Source: Chlamydiales bacterium
GTDB lineage: Bacteria > Chlamydiota > Chlamydiia > Chlamydiales > JAAZZY01
Reading direction: 5' to 3'
Assembly (NCBI GenBank): GCA_965206695.1
Contig: CBDBKM010000007.1
Location: 33,239-97,238 of the forward strand
Length of the DNA stretch: 64,000 nucleotides
Shown here piece after piece: positions 30,325 to 41,116 of the stretch. Positions within the stretch are counted from its first letter, which is position 1. The number at the start of each line of letters is the position of its first letter. Made by a program: the position numbers and the translations under genes. The notes under the pieces were generated by a model. That model was not told the DNA's origin and searched no databases. It was given only the letters and a program-made list of their open reading frames with translations.

Positions 30325-31130
30325 TGAAAGTTGCCTTTTCCAAATATTCCGGACTAGGCAATGATTTTATACTTCTTGATAATCGATCAAAAATCATTCC
30401 TTCTGATAATCCTCTTCTTTTTAAAAGTTTGTGCCATCGGCAACAAGGAATTGGAGCTGATGGGGTCATTTTATTGGAAGATCACCTTAGTGCCGATTGT
30501 GCTATGCGGATTTTTAATTCTGATGGTACTGAAGCCGAAATGTGCGGAAATGGAATTCGCTGTCTTGCAAAGTTTTTAAAAGTATTGGGTTTTGAGGGTT
30601 CTTCTCATACTATTAAAACAATGCATCGACTAATAGAGGTTAGTTGTTTAGATGAAAAAGTCTTAGCAAGGATGGGTTCTCCTACCACAATCAGGTGGAA
30701 TAAGCGTATATCCCTTGATCATGAAGAGTACGAATATCACCATCTTGATACAGGTGTTCCACACGTTATTATATTTGTCGACAATATAGATAATATTGAA
30801 GTTAAACAGTTGGGTAGACGATTGCGTTTTCACCCATATTTTGAACCGCGCGGAGCTAATATTAATTTTGTTGCTGTTGATTCGATTGATACTCTAAGTA
30901 TAAGAACTTATGAGCGTGGAGTAGAAGAAGAGACTTTAGCTTGCGGAACAGGGGCCACAGCTTCAGCTTTAGCATATGCTCATGAACAGAACATAAAAGG
31001 GCCTATAACTGTTAAGGTGAAAAATGGTGATTATTTAGAGATTGGTTATTCAACAAAAGGAGGTGATTTTTTTGATGTATCGATGACCGGTCCGGCTATT
31101 AACATATTCGAAGGAATAATCGAAATCTAA
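30324..31130 (+). CDS. dapF: Diaminopimelate epimerase
   Basis: GLGNDF, EMCGNGIRC, GVPH, TYERGVEEETLACGTGA. Confidence 0.97.
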   Translation: MKVAFSKYSGLGNDFILLDNRSKIIPSDNPLLFKSLCHRQQGIGADGVILLEDHLSADCAMRIFNSDGTEAEMCGNGIRCLAKFLKVLGFEGSSHTIKTMHRLIEVSCLDEKVLARMGSPTTIRWNKRISLDHEEYEYHHLDTGVPHVIIFVDNIDNIEVKQLGRRLRFHPYFEPRGANINFVAVDSIDTLSIRTYERGVEEETLACGTGATASALAYAHEQNIKGPITVKVKNGDYLEIGYSTKGGDFFDVSMTGPAINIFEGIIEI

Positions 31131-31725
31131 GCTATTTCATCAAATAGATTCTTATTTAGTAAAAATACCTTTTTTGCTTCCGGAACAACTAAATTCTTTT
31201 GATCCTCATCTAAAGGGATTTGATTAAGGCTGTCACGAAATTGTTTTTTAAAAAGCGAAATATCTTTGATCTCATCAAATTGATAAAAGCTAAGCCCTTG
31301 ATCATCATTTAATTCTAATTTTATTTTTAATAATCCTTTAAGAATTTGTCCCCCTGAAAGATCTCCTAAATAACGGGTATAGGTATGGGCAATAAGTGGA
31401 TAGACTTGATTGGCTGCTTATTTGATTTCATTTATATATTGGGCTGTAGCAGGAAGAATTAAAACATTTTGAAGCCATTGTTCATTTAAAAAATAATTTA
31501 AATCTTTTTCTAAGGCCTCAAGACGATTTAGAATCGGAAAATATACGGGGGAGATATAACATATTTTTCCAAAGTTTCATATATAAAATATAAATTTTCC
31601 GGGAAAAAGACATATTTATCCTTTGTAAGAGGCTTTTTAAAAAAGCCATGATTAAATGCTTGGTTGGTAAGTTTATGATCCGGAGCGGTTTCTAATTTTA
31701 CTCGTTTCGCCGGGTTAGAACTCAT
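31127..31725 (-). pseudogene. Heme oxygenase (HO-1/HmuO-like fold), disrupted
   Basis: Reconstructed ...NLYFIYETLE...YFPILNRLEALEKDLNYF...IAHTYTRYLGDLSGGQIL...GLSFYQF...EAKKVFLLN. Frameshift in the G5 run at 31547-31551 and in-frame TAA at 31418-31420. Confidence 0.9.
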
Positions 31726-31781
31726 AATCTATTTTTTAGTAAGTATTTAAATTCAAAAATCTTTTTAATTAGAAGCAATTG

Positions 31782-31903
31782 ATCATGTTTTCATAAATGA
31801 AAGAACATGGCTTCATTCGCAAGATAAGAGACCTGAAAAATCATCATGTTTTCATAAATGAAAGAACATGGCTTCATTCGCAAGATAAGAGACCTGAAAA
31901 ATC
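31782..31903. repeat. Exact 61-bp tandem duplication in the divergent intergenic region
   Basis: ATCATGTTTTCATAAATG...GACCTGAAAAATC at 31782-31842 and 31843-31903. Confidence 0.95.
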
Positions 31904-31995
31904 ATTATTGTTTTTTTATTGCTAATTGTAATTAAGGTTTAAGTTATGATATCTTAAGCTTATTAGACTATTTTATCTTATACAAAAAATATTTT

Positions 31996-33210
31996 ATGAT
32001 GACAAAAAAAAACTCAATTCCAAATCAAAAAGCTCAGAGTCCTCTTGTTCTCCGGTATCACCGCTTGATGGATGCTTTTTCGAAGTCAGATGATGAACGG
32101 GACTTTTATTTAGATAAAATAGAAGGTTTTATCATCTATGTCGATTTAGATAGAAGCGAGGAGGATATCATTTCTTGGGAAGAAACTTTGTTTACTGATG
32201 CCGGAAGATTTCGACTAGTTCCTAAGTTAACTTTTTACGAAACTAAAAAGATCATGGAAGGGTTTATAAACGAGAAGGTTTATGACATCGATATTAAAGA
32301 GAGGCTTGCAGAGATTATCCAGTCTAAAGAAGCAAGAGAAAATTTTCTTGAGTTCATTTATGATCAAGAAATCGAATTGGAAAAATGGCAATTGTATTAT
32401 CAAGAGCGCTCCCGTATTCGAATTATTGAATGGTTAAGAGAAAATGAGTTTCATTTTGTTTTTGAAGAGGATCTGGAACTTGCCCTGTCTATTGTAGAAA
32501 AAATAAAACATAATCTTTTCCAAACTAAAACCTCCAAAGATGTAGCGCAAGCGCGTCAGGTGCTGGAAAATAAATCTAAGGTTTATTATTCAAACGAAGC
32601 TTTAAATCCAAGACCCAAGCGTGGTAGGCCGCCTAAACAGGTAGTTAAAGTGGAAGTGGAGCCTCAGTTGACAGAAGATTATTATTCAACGGTACCTTCA
32701 GCTGCGCGTCCCTTTCTATATACTCCCGGTATTGCGTCTGTTTCAGCAGTTACGTTTTCAGCTAAATTTGATAATGAAGAAGAGTTACGTGCGAAGTTAC
32801 GTTCTTCTCCAAAATCAGAGACTATTATGAATCTAGAGGCGATTACTAAGAAGCTATCGTCGTTATCAAATCTTTCAAAAAATGTACCCGGCATTGAAGA
32901 TGAATTAGCTGTCACAGATAGATCGAGCCAAGAAATTGTCTTTAAGTCTACAAAAAAAGAACCTCTTATAAAAGAGCCTAAAGAGAAGAAAATAGATTCT
33001 TTAAAAATGAATATGCCTTCTCTGCCTATCGAAAGTGCTTCTGAGAAGGAAGCAGATGTTTCAAAAGGAAGGCGGTTAACTAAAGAGACTCCAAGTGAGA
33101 AAAAGCCTAATCTCTTAAAACGTTTAATTAGAAAACCCTCTTCTAAAAATGCCAAAAAAACGCCTCTTAAAAAGGCTCGGCGTATAAAAATTAAAGATAA
33201 AGAGGAATAA
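31996..33210 (+). CDS. UPF0158 family protein (CT429-like)
   Basis: PLVLRYHRLMDAFSKSDDERDFYLDK...YYSNEALNPRPKRGRPPK; chlamydial synteny after dapF. Confidence 0.85.
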   Translation: MMTKKNSIPNQKAQSPLVLRYHRLMDAFSKSDDERDFYLDKIEGFIIYVDLDRSEEDIISWEETLFTDAGRFRLVPKLTFYETKKIMEGFINEKVYDIDIKERLAEIIQSKEARENFLEFIYDQEIELEKWQLYYQERSRIRIIEWLRENEFHFVFEEDLELALSIVEKIKHNLFQTKTSKDVAQARQVLENKSKVYYSNEALNPRPKRGRPPKQVVKVEVEPQLTEDYYSTVPSAARPFLYTPGIASVSAVTFSAKFDNEEELRAKLRSSPKSETIMNLEAITKKLSSLSNLSKNVPGIEDELAVTDRSSQEIVFKSTKKEPLIKEPKEKKIDSLKMNMPSLPIESASEKEADVSKGRRLTKETPSEKKPNLLKRLIRKPSSKNAKKTPLKKARRIKIKDKEE

Positions 33211-33270
33211 TTATTCCTGTCTTATTCCTGATATGAAGGATCTTTTTAGGAATGTTAAGATGGTGTCATT

Positions 33271-35319
33271 ATGGTAATTGCCAAAAATACAATAGGTGTG
33301 CAGGATTCGTCTGCTGAATCGGCTTCAAAAGCTCTACAAATATTAGAAGCTGTGTTGCTTGCCAGGTATTCTAATAAGAAAATGGAAAAACTCGCCAAGC
33401 AGAATAAAGGAGGAGCTTTTTTTATATCTACGGCAGGGCATGAATTGGTGGGAGTCGTTTGTGCGAAAGCGCTTATACCGGGAAAAGATTGGGGGTTACC
33501 CTATTATCGAGATTATGGTTTTCCTATTGGTATAGGTTGTGATTTAATAGAACTTTTTGGCTTTTTTTTAGCAAGAAATACGATCAACCACGGTTCCGGT
33601 AGAGTAATGTCTTTTCATTATTCCCAAAGAGACTTACGACTAATGCCTCACTCGAGTCCGGTTGGCTCTCAATTTTTGCAAGCTGCCGGTAGGGCCTATG
33701 CTGTCAAACAAAGTGGCAAAGATGAAGTTGTCTATGTATCAGGAGGAGATGGTTCAACCTCTCAAGGAGATTTTCATGAAGCTCTAAACTTTTCTTCCAT
33801 TCATCAATTACCTGTTATTTTTGTTATTCAGAATAATGAATGGGCTATCTCAGTTCCCTTAAAAGAGCAAACAGCAGGAAAAAGTATCGTTCCTATGGCC
33901 AAGGGGTATGCCGGTTTGACAGTCTCTGAAGTCGACGGAACCAATTATTTAGCGCTTACTGAAGTGATGGAAGAAGCTGTTAAAAAGGGTCGTTCAGGAA
34001 ATGGTCCAACTTTAATAGTAGCGAACGTGCCTCGCCTAGGGGCTCATAGTAGTAGTGATGATCAAAAAAAATATCGTTCTTCTAAAGATTTGGAAGAGAA
34101 TCTCAAAAGAGATCCTTTAGATCTTTATATTCAATTTCTACTGAAAAATCAGATATTAATTCAAAATGAAATTGATCTTGTTAAGAAGAACGTTTTAGAA
34201 GAGCTTGAAAAAGCTGCTCACGAAGCTGAAGCGATTCCTCATCCTGATCCTAAAACGGTTAATGATCATATCTTCAATAAAAAAGTTCATAAAACTGTGA
34301 CTTGTGAAGCGGAATATAAGGAAGGTAATGAAATTGTCATTATGGATGCAATCAATCATGCTCTTCAAGAAGAGATGGAGAAGGATCCCAATATTTTATT
34401 ATTTGGTCAAGATATAGCGCATGGCAAAGGAGGGGTTTTCGGAATCACGCGCAATCTTACCACTCGATTTGGCTCAACAAGATGTTTTAATACCCCTTTA
34501 GCGGAATCCACTATCATGGGGTTGGCATTAGGTATCTCTTGTGATGGAAAGTATAAAGCTGTAGCAGAAATGCAATTTGCTGATTATATGTGGACCGGAA
34601 TTAACCAATTAATAAATGAAACAGCCGGCTTTCATTGGCGATCTAATGGCCAATGGGATTGCTCTTTAGTTTTAAGACTTCCTTATGGTGGTTATATTCA
34701 AGGCGGACCCTATCACTCCCAAAGTCCGGAAGCGTATTTAACCCATACTCCGGGATTAAAGGTAGTTGTGCCAAGCAATGCCAAAGATGCTAAAGGACTT
34801 ATGAAGTCTGCTATAAGAGATCCTAATCCTGTTATGTTTCTGGAGCATAAAGCATTATATCGACAAAGAGTTTTTTGTGCTCGTAATGAGCCTTCTCATG
34901 ATTATTTAGCTCCTATAGGTAAGGCGTCTATCGTTCGTTTCGGAGAAGATATGACAATCATTGCTTGGGGAATGATGCTGGTAATGGCTCATGAGGTGAC
35001 AGAGAGGTTTTCTAAAGAGGACTATTCAGTAGAGTTAATCGATCTTTGTACACTTATTCCTCTTGATATGGAAACAATTCTGACGTCGGTTAAGAAAACA
35101 GGAAAGTTAATGATTATACATGAAGCTCCCAAAAATGGTGGATTTGCTGCTGAAATTTCTGCTCGTATTATGGAGCAGGCATTTGAATATTTAGATGCTC
35201 CGGTAAGTCGAGTATGTGGTTTGAATACTCCGGTTCCATTTTCTAAGCCCTTAGAAAATGCCGTATTACCACAAAAAGAAGATATAGAAAAGTCGATTCG
35301 AGAACTGTATCAATATTAA
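33271..35319 (+). CDS. 2-oxoacid (branched-chain) dehydrogenase E1, fused alpha/beta
   Basis: PYYRD, TPP motif GDGSTSQGDF...NN, HSSSDD, GGVFG, NTPLAE, GGPYHSQ. Confidence 0.93.
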   Translation: MVIAKNTIGVQDSSAESASKALQILEAVLLARYSNKKMEKLAKQNKGGAFFISTAGHELVGVVCAKALIPGKDWGLPYYRDYGFPIGIGCDLIELFGFFLARNTINHGSGRVMSFHYSQRDLRLMPHSSPVGSQFLQAAGRAYAVKQSGKDEVVYVSGGDGSTSQGDFHEALNFSSIHQLPVIFVIQNNEWAISVPLKEQTAGKSIVPMAKGYAGLTVSEVDGTNYLALTEVMEEAVKKGRSGNGPTLIVANVPRLGAHSSSDDQKKYRSSKDLEENLKRDPLDLYIQFLLKNQILIQNEIDLVKKNVLEELEKAAHEAEAIPHPDPKTVNDHIFNKKVHKTVTCEAEYKEGNEIVIMDAINHALQEEMEKDPNILLFGQDIAHGKGGVFGITRNLTTRFGSTRCFNTPLAESTIMGLALGISCDGKYKAVAEMQFADYMWTGINQLINETAGFHWRSNGQWDCSLVLRLPYGGYIQGGPYHSQSPEAYLTHTPGLKVVVPSNAKDAKGLMKSAIRDPNPVMFLEHKALYRQRVFCARNEPSHDYLAPIGKASIVRFGEDMTIIAWGMMLVMAHEVTERFSKEDYSVELIDLCTLIPLDMETILTSVKKTGKLMIIHEAPKNGGFAAEISARIMEQAFEYLDAPVSRVCGLNTPVPFSKPLENAVLPQKEDIEKSIRELYQY

Positions 35320-36089
35320 AATAGAATAGGGGTTCCGATTTTTTCTTGATCAGCAACTAATAGACTTAACTCTCTCCCTTCATTATATAGACTATTTTTT
35401 ATAACATTTAACACCATATCGGGAGAGTTACATTCTTGAGATAGGTGTGCAAGATAAACATGTTTTAACCCTTTATGATGAATGTTATTAAGTAATTGAG
35501 CGCATGCTTCATTAGATAGGTGACCACTACGACTTAAAACACGTTGTTTATAGGTCATAGGTCGATTACAAGCATGCACCATTGAAGGTTGATGATTAGC
35601 TTCTATGTATAAAAAGTCACAACCTTTTAGTTGGTGTTCTACCAAAGTACTGACAAATCCAAGATCTGTACAGAATCCCAATTTGAGATTATGAGTGTGA
35701 ATAATAAAAGCAACAGGATCCCTACTGTCGTGCTGTATGGTAAAGGGATGGATTTTTAAATCTTGAAATTCAAAAGCTTCTCCTGTGGAAAAGATTTTGA
35801 ATTTAGGACAATGATCTAAATATTGGATAATTCCTTTAGCCGTTTCACTATTTGCAAAGATAGGAATTTTCAATTTTTTGGCTAAAATTTTTAACCCTTG
35901 AATATGATCCATATGTTCGTGAGTAACTAAAACAGCATCAATGTCAGTAATGTCTACATTGATTTGTTCGAGTTTATTTTTGATGTTCTTGCCGCTAGTG
36001 CCTGCATCGATGAGAATTTTAGAATGTTTCGTGCCTAAATAAATACAGTTGCCTTTCGAACCTGATGCAAGTGGACAAAATCCAATCAT
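35316..36089 (-). CDS. Metallo-beta-lactamase fold hydrolase (YycJ/WalJ-like)
   Basis: LASGSKGN, THEHMDH, TDLG, GHLSN, AHLSQECN. Confidence 0.92.
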   Translation of the reverse strand: MIGFCPLASGSKGNCIYLGTKHSKILIDAGTSGKNIKNKLEQINVDITDIDAVLVTHEHMDHIQGLKILAKKLKIPIFANSETAKGIIQYLDHCPKFKIFSTGEAFEFQDLKIHPFTIQHDSRDPVAFIIHTHNLKLGFCTDLGFVSTLVEHQLKGCDFLYIEANHQPSMVHACNRPMTYKQRVLSRSGHLSNEACAQLLNNIHHKGLKHVYLAHLSQECNSPDMVLNVIKNSLYNEGRELSLLVADQEKIGTPILF

Positions 36090-36166
36090 AATTGAAGTAT
36101 AGGATAAGATGTTAAAGTGACTGAGATTTTAAACGTCAGCTTAAATTAATGAAACTATTATCATTC

Positions 36167-38629
36167 TTAAAAATCAAACTCATCATCAGATTCTGAAGAG
36201 TATTTTGATGTTATCAATAACTTACGAGGTTTGCTCCCGTCAGGAGGGGTAATAATACCTTGTTCTTCAAGTTGATCCATAATACCGGCAGCTCTGGCAT
36301 AACCGATTTTGAGTTTTCGCTGAATAAAGGTTGTGGAGATGCTTCCCGTTCTTTGAACGAGGTCAAGAGCCCTTTCAAATAGTGGGTCTAAAGAGGAGTT
36401 CTGTAGGTTTAAGGAACCCGCTTCGTCAGACTCGTTTGCCATATGATCGAAAGAATCAATGAGATAATTGGGAGGGGCTTGACCGCAGATAGATCGGATT
36501 GTAGCTGAGATATCTTTGTCATGAATAAAACATCCTTGAGTACGGAGTAAAGCGGATGCACCGGGTGGTTGAAACAACATATCACCATTACCAAGTAAAC
36601 TCTCAGCTCCAATTTCATCTAAAATGATTTGACTATTCACTCTGGAAGCCACTTTAAAAGATATACGAGTAGGGAAATTAGCTTTGATCAATCCGGTTAT
36701 AACTTCTCTTGAGGGTCTTTGAGTAGCTAAGACTAAATGGATGCCTACAGCTCTTGCCATTTGAGCTATGCGAGCAATAGGCATTTCAATTTCATTACTT
36801 GAAAGCATCATAAGATCAGCTAGTTCATCGATAATACATACGATATAAAACATATGTTTTGGGATTTCGGTATCCGGAGATTCTTCAAACTCTTTATCTA
36901 TTGAACGACTATTAAAAGAGGCGATGTTGCGTACCCCTAAATGCTTTAAAATATCATATCGTCTCTCCATCTCTCTTACAAGCCATTTTAAAGCGGCGAT
37001 GACTTCCGGCGGTTCGGTTATTACGGGGGATAACATGTGAGGCAAGGAACTATATGATGTCAATTCAACTTTCTTAGGATCGATTAAGAGTAACTTGACT
37101 TCATCCGGTTTACAGTTCATTAAAATGGAGATGACAAAGGTATTGATACAGACGGATTTTCCTGTGCCGGTAGCTCCGGCAATAATACAATGCGGCATAC
37201 GTGATAAATCACTGATCACATTTTCGCCACTTACGGTTTTTCCAAGTAAGATGGGGATAGGGTGAGAAATATTCGAACTATGATAATCATTTAGCATCTC
37301 TTTAAAATTCACTTCCAAGGATTGCTGCGCCGGTATTTCAATACCTACCGCTGCTTTTCCCGGAATCGGTGCAATAATTCGGATGGATTTGGCTTGCATG
37401 TTCAATGCAATATCATTTTCAAGTGCTTTAATTCTTTGAACTTTAACTCCAATTGCCGGGTGTACTTCAAAAGAAGTAATGGTAGGGCCACAATTAATTT
37501 CACCTACTTTCGCTTCAATGCCAAAATTTAAAAGAGTCTCTTCCAATACTTCAGCTTGTTTTCTAAGGTCGCGTTCTAAAGAGGGCTGGTTAATTTTTTT
37601 GGGATCGGTAAGTAGTGTTGAAGAAGGAAGTTTATAATTTTTGAAATCACCATTATATATTTTTTGAGCTTTTAAAGCTGCTTGACGCCTAGAGATCGGT
37701 TTAGAAAAAGGTTTAGATGAAGAGGGTGTAAGAGTGTTAATGATGGGGGAGTGTTGTTCCCTTTTTTTATTTTCTATATCAGCAGGAGGTTCTTCTAGCT
37801 GCATAGTTTTAGAAGGTAAAAGACCTCGAATTTCTTGTTTGGGTTTTTTGAGTATGCTTTTATTTGGTCTTGCAACAGGAACTTCTACCATGGCTTGAGT
37901 TTCTTCAACTCGATGAAATATATTTTTCATTCTTTGAAGCAGTTTTTTTGAGTATGCATATGTGCCGGTAAAATATTTTATTATCGATCCGGGAGGGCCT
38001 CGTTGAAAGAGATAGCGATGTATAAAACGGATAAAGGGGCTAATACTTAGTTGAGTGAGTAACATAAGAAAAACAAACAGGAGAGTAGAAAAAATTAAGG
38101 CTATACCGACATTGCTCAATATTTGTTGTAAATTAACAGCATGTATATCTCGGTAGAAATAATAAGCAGGGCGACCACCTAAGTAATGACGAATAATTTT
38201 TTGAGAAATAGGTTTTTTGAGGACTAATTCTTCGGTATAAATAGAGGAGCTAAAATTTGAAGCAGCATTTGGATTGACTTCAGAGAATAAACTGCAGAGA
38301 ATACATAAGGAAAAAATAGAACAGCTTAAATAAAGCCATTTAATCGGATGGTTGCAAATAGGACGATTACAAAGTAGGCGCCATCCTGCAAAAGTAACCA
38401 GACCGGCCAGCAAATAACCGGTTATTCCAAAGAGATACTGGAAGCTAAAAGCAATAACATAACCTAGAAGCCCTAACCAATTGCTTCCGGCATCACCATG
38501 CGAGAAACTGATTAAACTTAAGAAGAGTAAGGCACTAAAAGCAATTAATAATAAACCGATTACCTCGGTATAATTGCCATTGTTAACTGCATTGCTTTGT
38601 TCTAATGAATTGTTTTTTTTTCTGGCCAT
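36167..38629 (-). CDS. ftsK: DNA translocase FtsK
   Basis: N-terminal TMs, PHCIIAGATGTGKS, IDELADLM, ATQRPS, gamma domain IGYARAA. Confidence 0.97.
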   Translation of the reverse strand: MARKKNNSLEQSNAVNNGNYTEVIGLLLIAFSALLFLSLISFSHGDAGSNWLGLLGYVIAFSFQYLFGITGYLLAGLVTFAGWRLLCNRPICNHPIKWLYLSCSIFSLCILCSLFSEVNPNAASNFSSSIYTEELVLKKPISQKIIRHYLGGRPAYYFYRDIHAVNLQQILSNVGIALIFSTLLFVFLMLLTQLSISPFIRFIHRYLFQRGPPGSIIKYFTGTYAYSKKLLQRMKNIFHRVEETQAMVEVPVARPNKSILKKPKQEIRGLLPSKTMQLEEPPADIENKKREQHSPIINTLTPSSSKPFSKPISRRQAALKAQKIYNGDFKNYKLPSSTLLTDPKKINQPSLERDLRKQAEVLEETLLNFGIEAKVGEINCGPTITSFEVHPAIGVKVQRIKALENDIALNMQAKSIRIIAPIPGKAAVGIEIPAQQSLEVNFKEMLNDYHSSNISHPIPILLGKTVSGENVISDLSRMPHCIIAGATGTGKSVCINTFVISILMNCKPDEVKLLLIDPKKVELTSYSSLPHMLSPVITEPPEVIAALKWLVREMERRYDILKHLGVRNIASFNSRSIDKEFEESPDTEIPKHMFYIVCIIDELADLMMLSSNEIEMPIARIAQMARAVGIHLVLATQRPSREVITGLIKANFPTRISFKVASRVNSQIILDEIGAESLLGNGDMLFQPPGASALLRTQGCFIHDKDISATIRSICGQAPPNYLIDSFDHMANESDEAGSLNLQNSSLDPLFERALDLVQRTGSISTTFIQRKLKIGYARAAGIMDQLEEQGIITPPDGSKPRKLLITSKYSSESDDEFDF

Positions 38630-38794
38630 AAGTCAATTAAATATTATGAGAGAGTACTCTTATAACCCCCTAAAAATAATATCTACCATCTTCAATCAAT
38701 TATCAACAAGTTTGTATTTAAAACTCATCTTTCAAAGATATTGTTTAACAATGCTTATTAAGCTTAATCCAAAGGGATTCTATCATGAAAAATG

Positions 38795-38869
38795 GGCGAT
38801 CGACGGGATTCGAACCCGCGACATCTGGAACCACAATCCAGTGCTCTAACCAACTGAGCTACGACCGCC
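38795..38869 (-). tRNA. tRNA-His (GUG)
   Basis: GGCGGTCGTAGCTCAGTTGGTTAGAGCACTGGATTGTGGTTCCAG...TTCGAATCCCGTCGATCGCC; cloverleaf with GTG anticodon and G-1:C73. Confidence 0.97.
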
Positions 38870-39005
38870 GCAAAAGAAAGAATGTTGGAAAGTAAACTTC
38901 CAAGCATTAATTACCTTGAAATATTTGGAGACATTATAATTAACCAAATCAAAAAAAACAACAATGAAGAAGTCTTCTTTGGATGGTTTTTTTTAAATGG
39001 GGGGC

Positions 39006-40556
39006 TCAACGAATACAGTAGCCTTTTGCTAAGGCGGTGAATGTTTCTATTTGTTGCTTTTCCCAAGCTTTATCTTGCTTCAGTTCATTTGCCAGCATCG
39101 AAGCAACCATGGGTGCAGATTTGATAGCGGCCTTAGCATTTAAAAACAAAGCTCTTGTTCTTCTAGCTAAAACATCTTCAACTGTTAGAGCCATTTCACG
39201 TTTTATAGCCCAGAAAATCTGAACCAATAGATAAGGAAGTTCCGGATGTAGAGGTTTACGTAGTGAAGGATCATTTCTTATTAATTCTTGTAAAAGAAGA
39301 GCATCGGAGCCATAAATGCACTCTAAATCCGTAATGGCATTAGGCATCCATCCATGTAAAGGTAGATTTTTAGTTTGACATTTTCTTTTTCCCGGCTGAG
39401 CTACGGCAATGGCTTGGTTAACTGTATCTTCTCCCATTTTTCTATAAGTTGTCCATTTGCCTCCTACTATAGATACGAGTCCTGATGAGGAAGTTCGGAT
39501 ACTATGACCCCGTGACAATTTTGATGTCTTTTTTCCGGCAGAAGCACGGACTAAAGGGCGCAGACCGGCAAAAACACTAAGTATATCCTCTTTATTTATT
39601 TTTTTAGAAAGATATCGCGAAGCATGCTCTAAAATAAAGTCGATTTCTTCTTCTTGGGCAAGAGGCTCTATAACAGGTTTTGACATTGGGGTATCTGTTG
39701 TGCCCATTAAAGTATGCTTATGCCAAGGTATAATGAAAATGACGCGACCATCATCGGTTTGAGGAATGATAATAGCTTTATTCGATCGTAAAAAAGATCG
39801 ATCGGCAACAAGGTGGACACCTTGACTGGGCGCGACCATATTATTTATATGGGAATCATCTAACTTTCGAATGGTATCAGAAAAAATACCCGTTGCATTA
39901 ATGACAATACGAGAATGTAGATAATGAGTGGTTTTATTGATTTTGTCGTAAACATTAACACCGCAAATATGCCCATTTTTTTTAATCAATTGATTGACTT
40001 GCATATAATTAATTGGAGTTCCACCCCATTCAACTAAAGTTTCGGCAAATGAAACAAGGAGTCTGGCATCATCAAATTGTGCATCATAATAAAGGATACC
40101 CCCTTTTAACCCTTCTTGTTTAACAGTTGGGATAGCTTGTAGTGTTTCTTTTCTTGAAAGTCCTTTAGAAGAAGCTATGTTCAGACGTCCTGATAAAAGG
40201 TCATAAATTTTTAATCCGATATGATAAAAGTGCTTATCTAACCATTTGTAATTAGGAATAATAAATCCTAAGGGTTTAACTAGATGGGGTGCATTTTGTA
40301 AGATCAGACCTCTTTCTTTTAAAGCTTCTTTAACAAGGGGAGCATGTCCCTGTTTTAAGTAACGCAATCCTCCATGCATTAATTTCGTGCTACGACTTGA
40401 AGTTCCTTTCCCAAAGTCATATTGCTCTAATAGAAGAACATGGTATCTTCTCGAAGCTGCGTCAACAGCAATTCCAAAACCGGTAGCACCTCCGCCGATA
40501 ATAATAAAATCCCATTGATCTTTATTGAGATTATTTAAAAGATTATTTCTATTCAT
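39006..40556 (-). CDS. glpD: FAD-dependent glycerol-3-phosphate dehydrogenase
   Basis: GGGATG, GTSSRSTKLMHGGLRYL, FDDARL, GTTD, AGLRPL, GGKWTTYR. Confidence 0.96.
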   Translation of the reverse strand: MNRNNLLNNLNKDQWDFIIIGGGATGFGIAVDAASRRYHVLLLEQYDFGKGTSSRSTKLMHGGLRYLKQGHAPLVKEALKERGLILQNAPHLVKPLGFIIPNYKWLDKHFYHIGLKIYDLLSGRLNIASSKGLSRKETLQAIPTVKQEGLKGGILYYDAQFDDARLLVSFAETLVEWGGTPINYMQVNQLIKKNGHICGVNVYDKINKTTHYLHSRIVINATGIFSDTIRKLDDSHINNMVAPSQGVHLVADRSFLRSNKAIIIPQTDDGRVIFIIPWHKHTLMGTTDTPMSKPVIEPLAQEEEIDFILEHASRYLSKKINKEDILSVFAGLRPLVRASAGKKTSKLSRGHSIRTSSSGLVSIVGGKWTTYRKMGEDTVNQAIAVAQPGKRKCQTKNLPLHGWMPNAITDLECIYGSDALLLQELIRNDPSLRKPLHPELPYLLVQIFWAIKREMALTVEDVLARRTRALFLNAKAAIKSAPMVASMLANELKQDKAWEKQQIETFTALAKGYCIR

Positions 40557-40710
40557 TTGATGGGGCCCCTAGATGGCAGCATTGAACATATGAAATGATT
40601 TTTTTTCGGTCAGAGCGTATGAAAATAACAGTGGCTTGATTTTGTTGGGGCCGGAAAACTTTTCCTTTTTTCCATAAATGAGACATAGTACTTTGAATTA
40701 ATTTTTTCAT
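40549..40710 (-). pseudogene. glpK: Probable 3' remnant of glycerol kinase
   Basis: 53-codon frame ...HLWKKGKVFRPQQNQ...SDRKKII resembles the GlpK C-terminus (W.....F.P.......W.KAV); its stop overlaps the glpD ATG. Confidence 0.5.
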
Positions 40711-40840
40711 GTATATCTCATATAACCGAAATTCATCACCATAGTTCAGAATAATATAATTTTTCGTAGGGCGGCTCTAAACAGCGTAAAATGATTGCAT
40801 GTCTTTCTTTTAAATTCGTTGTTTCGCGTTTTTCCCCATT

Positions 40841-41112
40841 AAACTTGTTGCGCAATAACAGTTACATCAGTTTAGCTTCTCTCAATTTTTGTCGATCATC
40901 TTCGACTTAAATGAAAGTTCCAAAGACCCGCACATAATAACGGTATTTTGTCTTCTATGACATAATTCTTATTTTCTTATGGGAGTTTGCATCCATCCAT
41001 ATCTTTTTATTCCCCCTATCGAATGTTCGACCGGCATTCTTAAGGAGCTAATTACTTTATTATTTAATATTTCCGAATCGGTAAGAGGCGTTTTTCCCCT
41101 TCTTCTTAGGAA
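40841..41112 (-). mobile_element. ISL2/DDE_Tnp_4-like transposase 3' remnant with IS end
   Basis: RRRGKTPLTDSEILNNKVISSLRMPVEHSIGGIKRYG; end AAACTTGTTGCGCAATAA. Confidence 0.8.
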
Positions 41113-41116
41113 TAGA

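Noticed and set aside
32682..33155. 157-aa antisense ORF, and other short ORFs overlapping long genes (e.g. 11141-11344, 15273-15614, 59291-59587)
   Set aside because: Shadow frames of well-supported genes with no motifs
38574..38849. 91-aa ORF
   Set aside because: Overlaps the ftsK start and tRNA-His on the opposite strand
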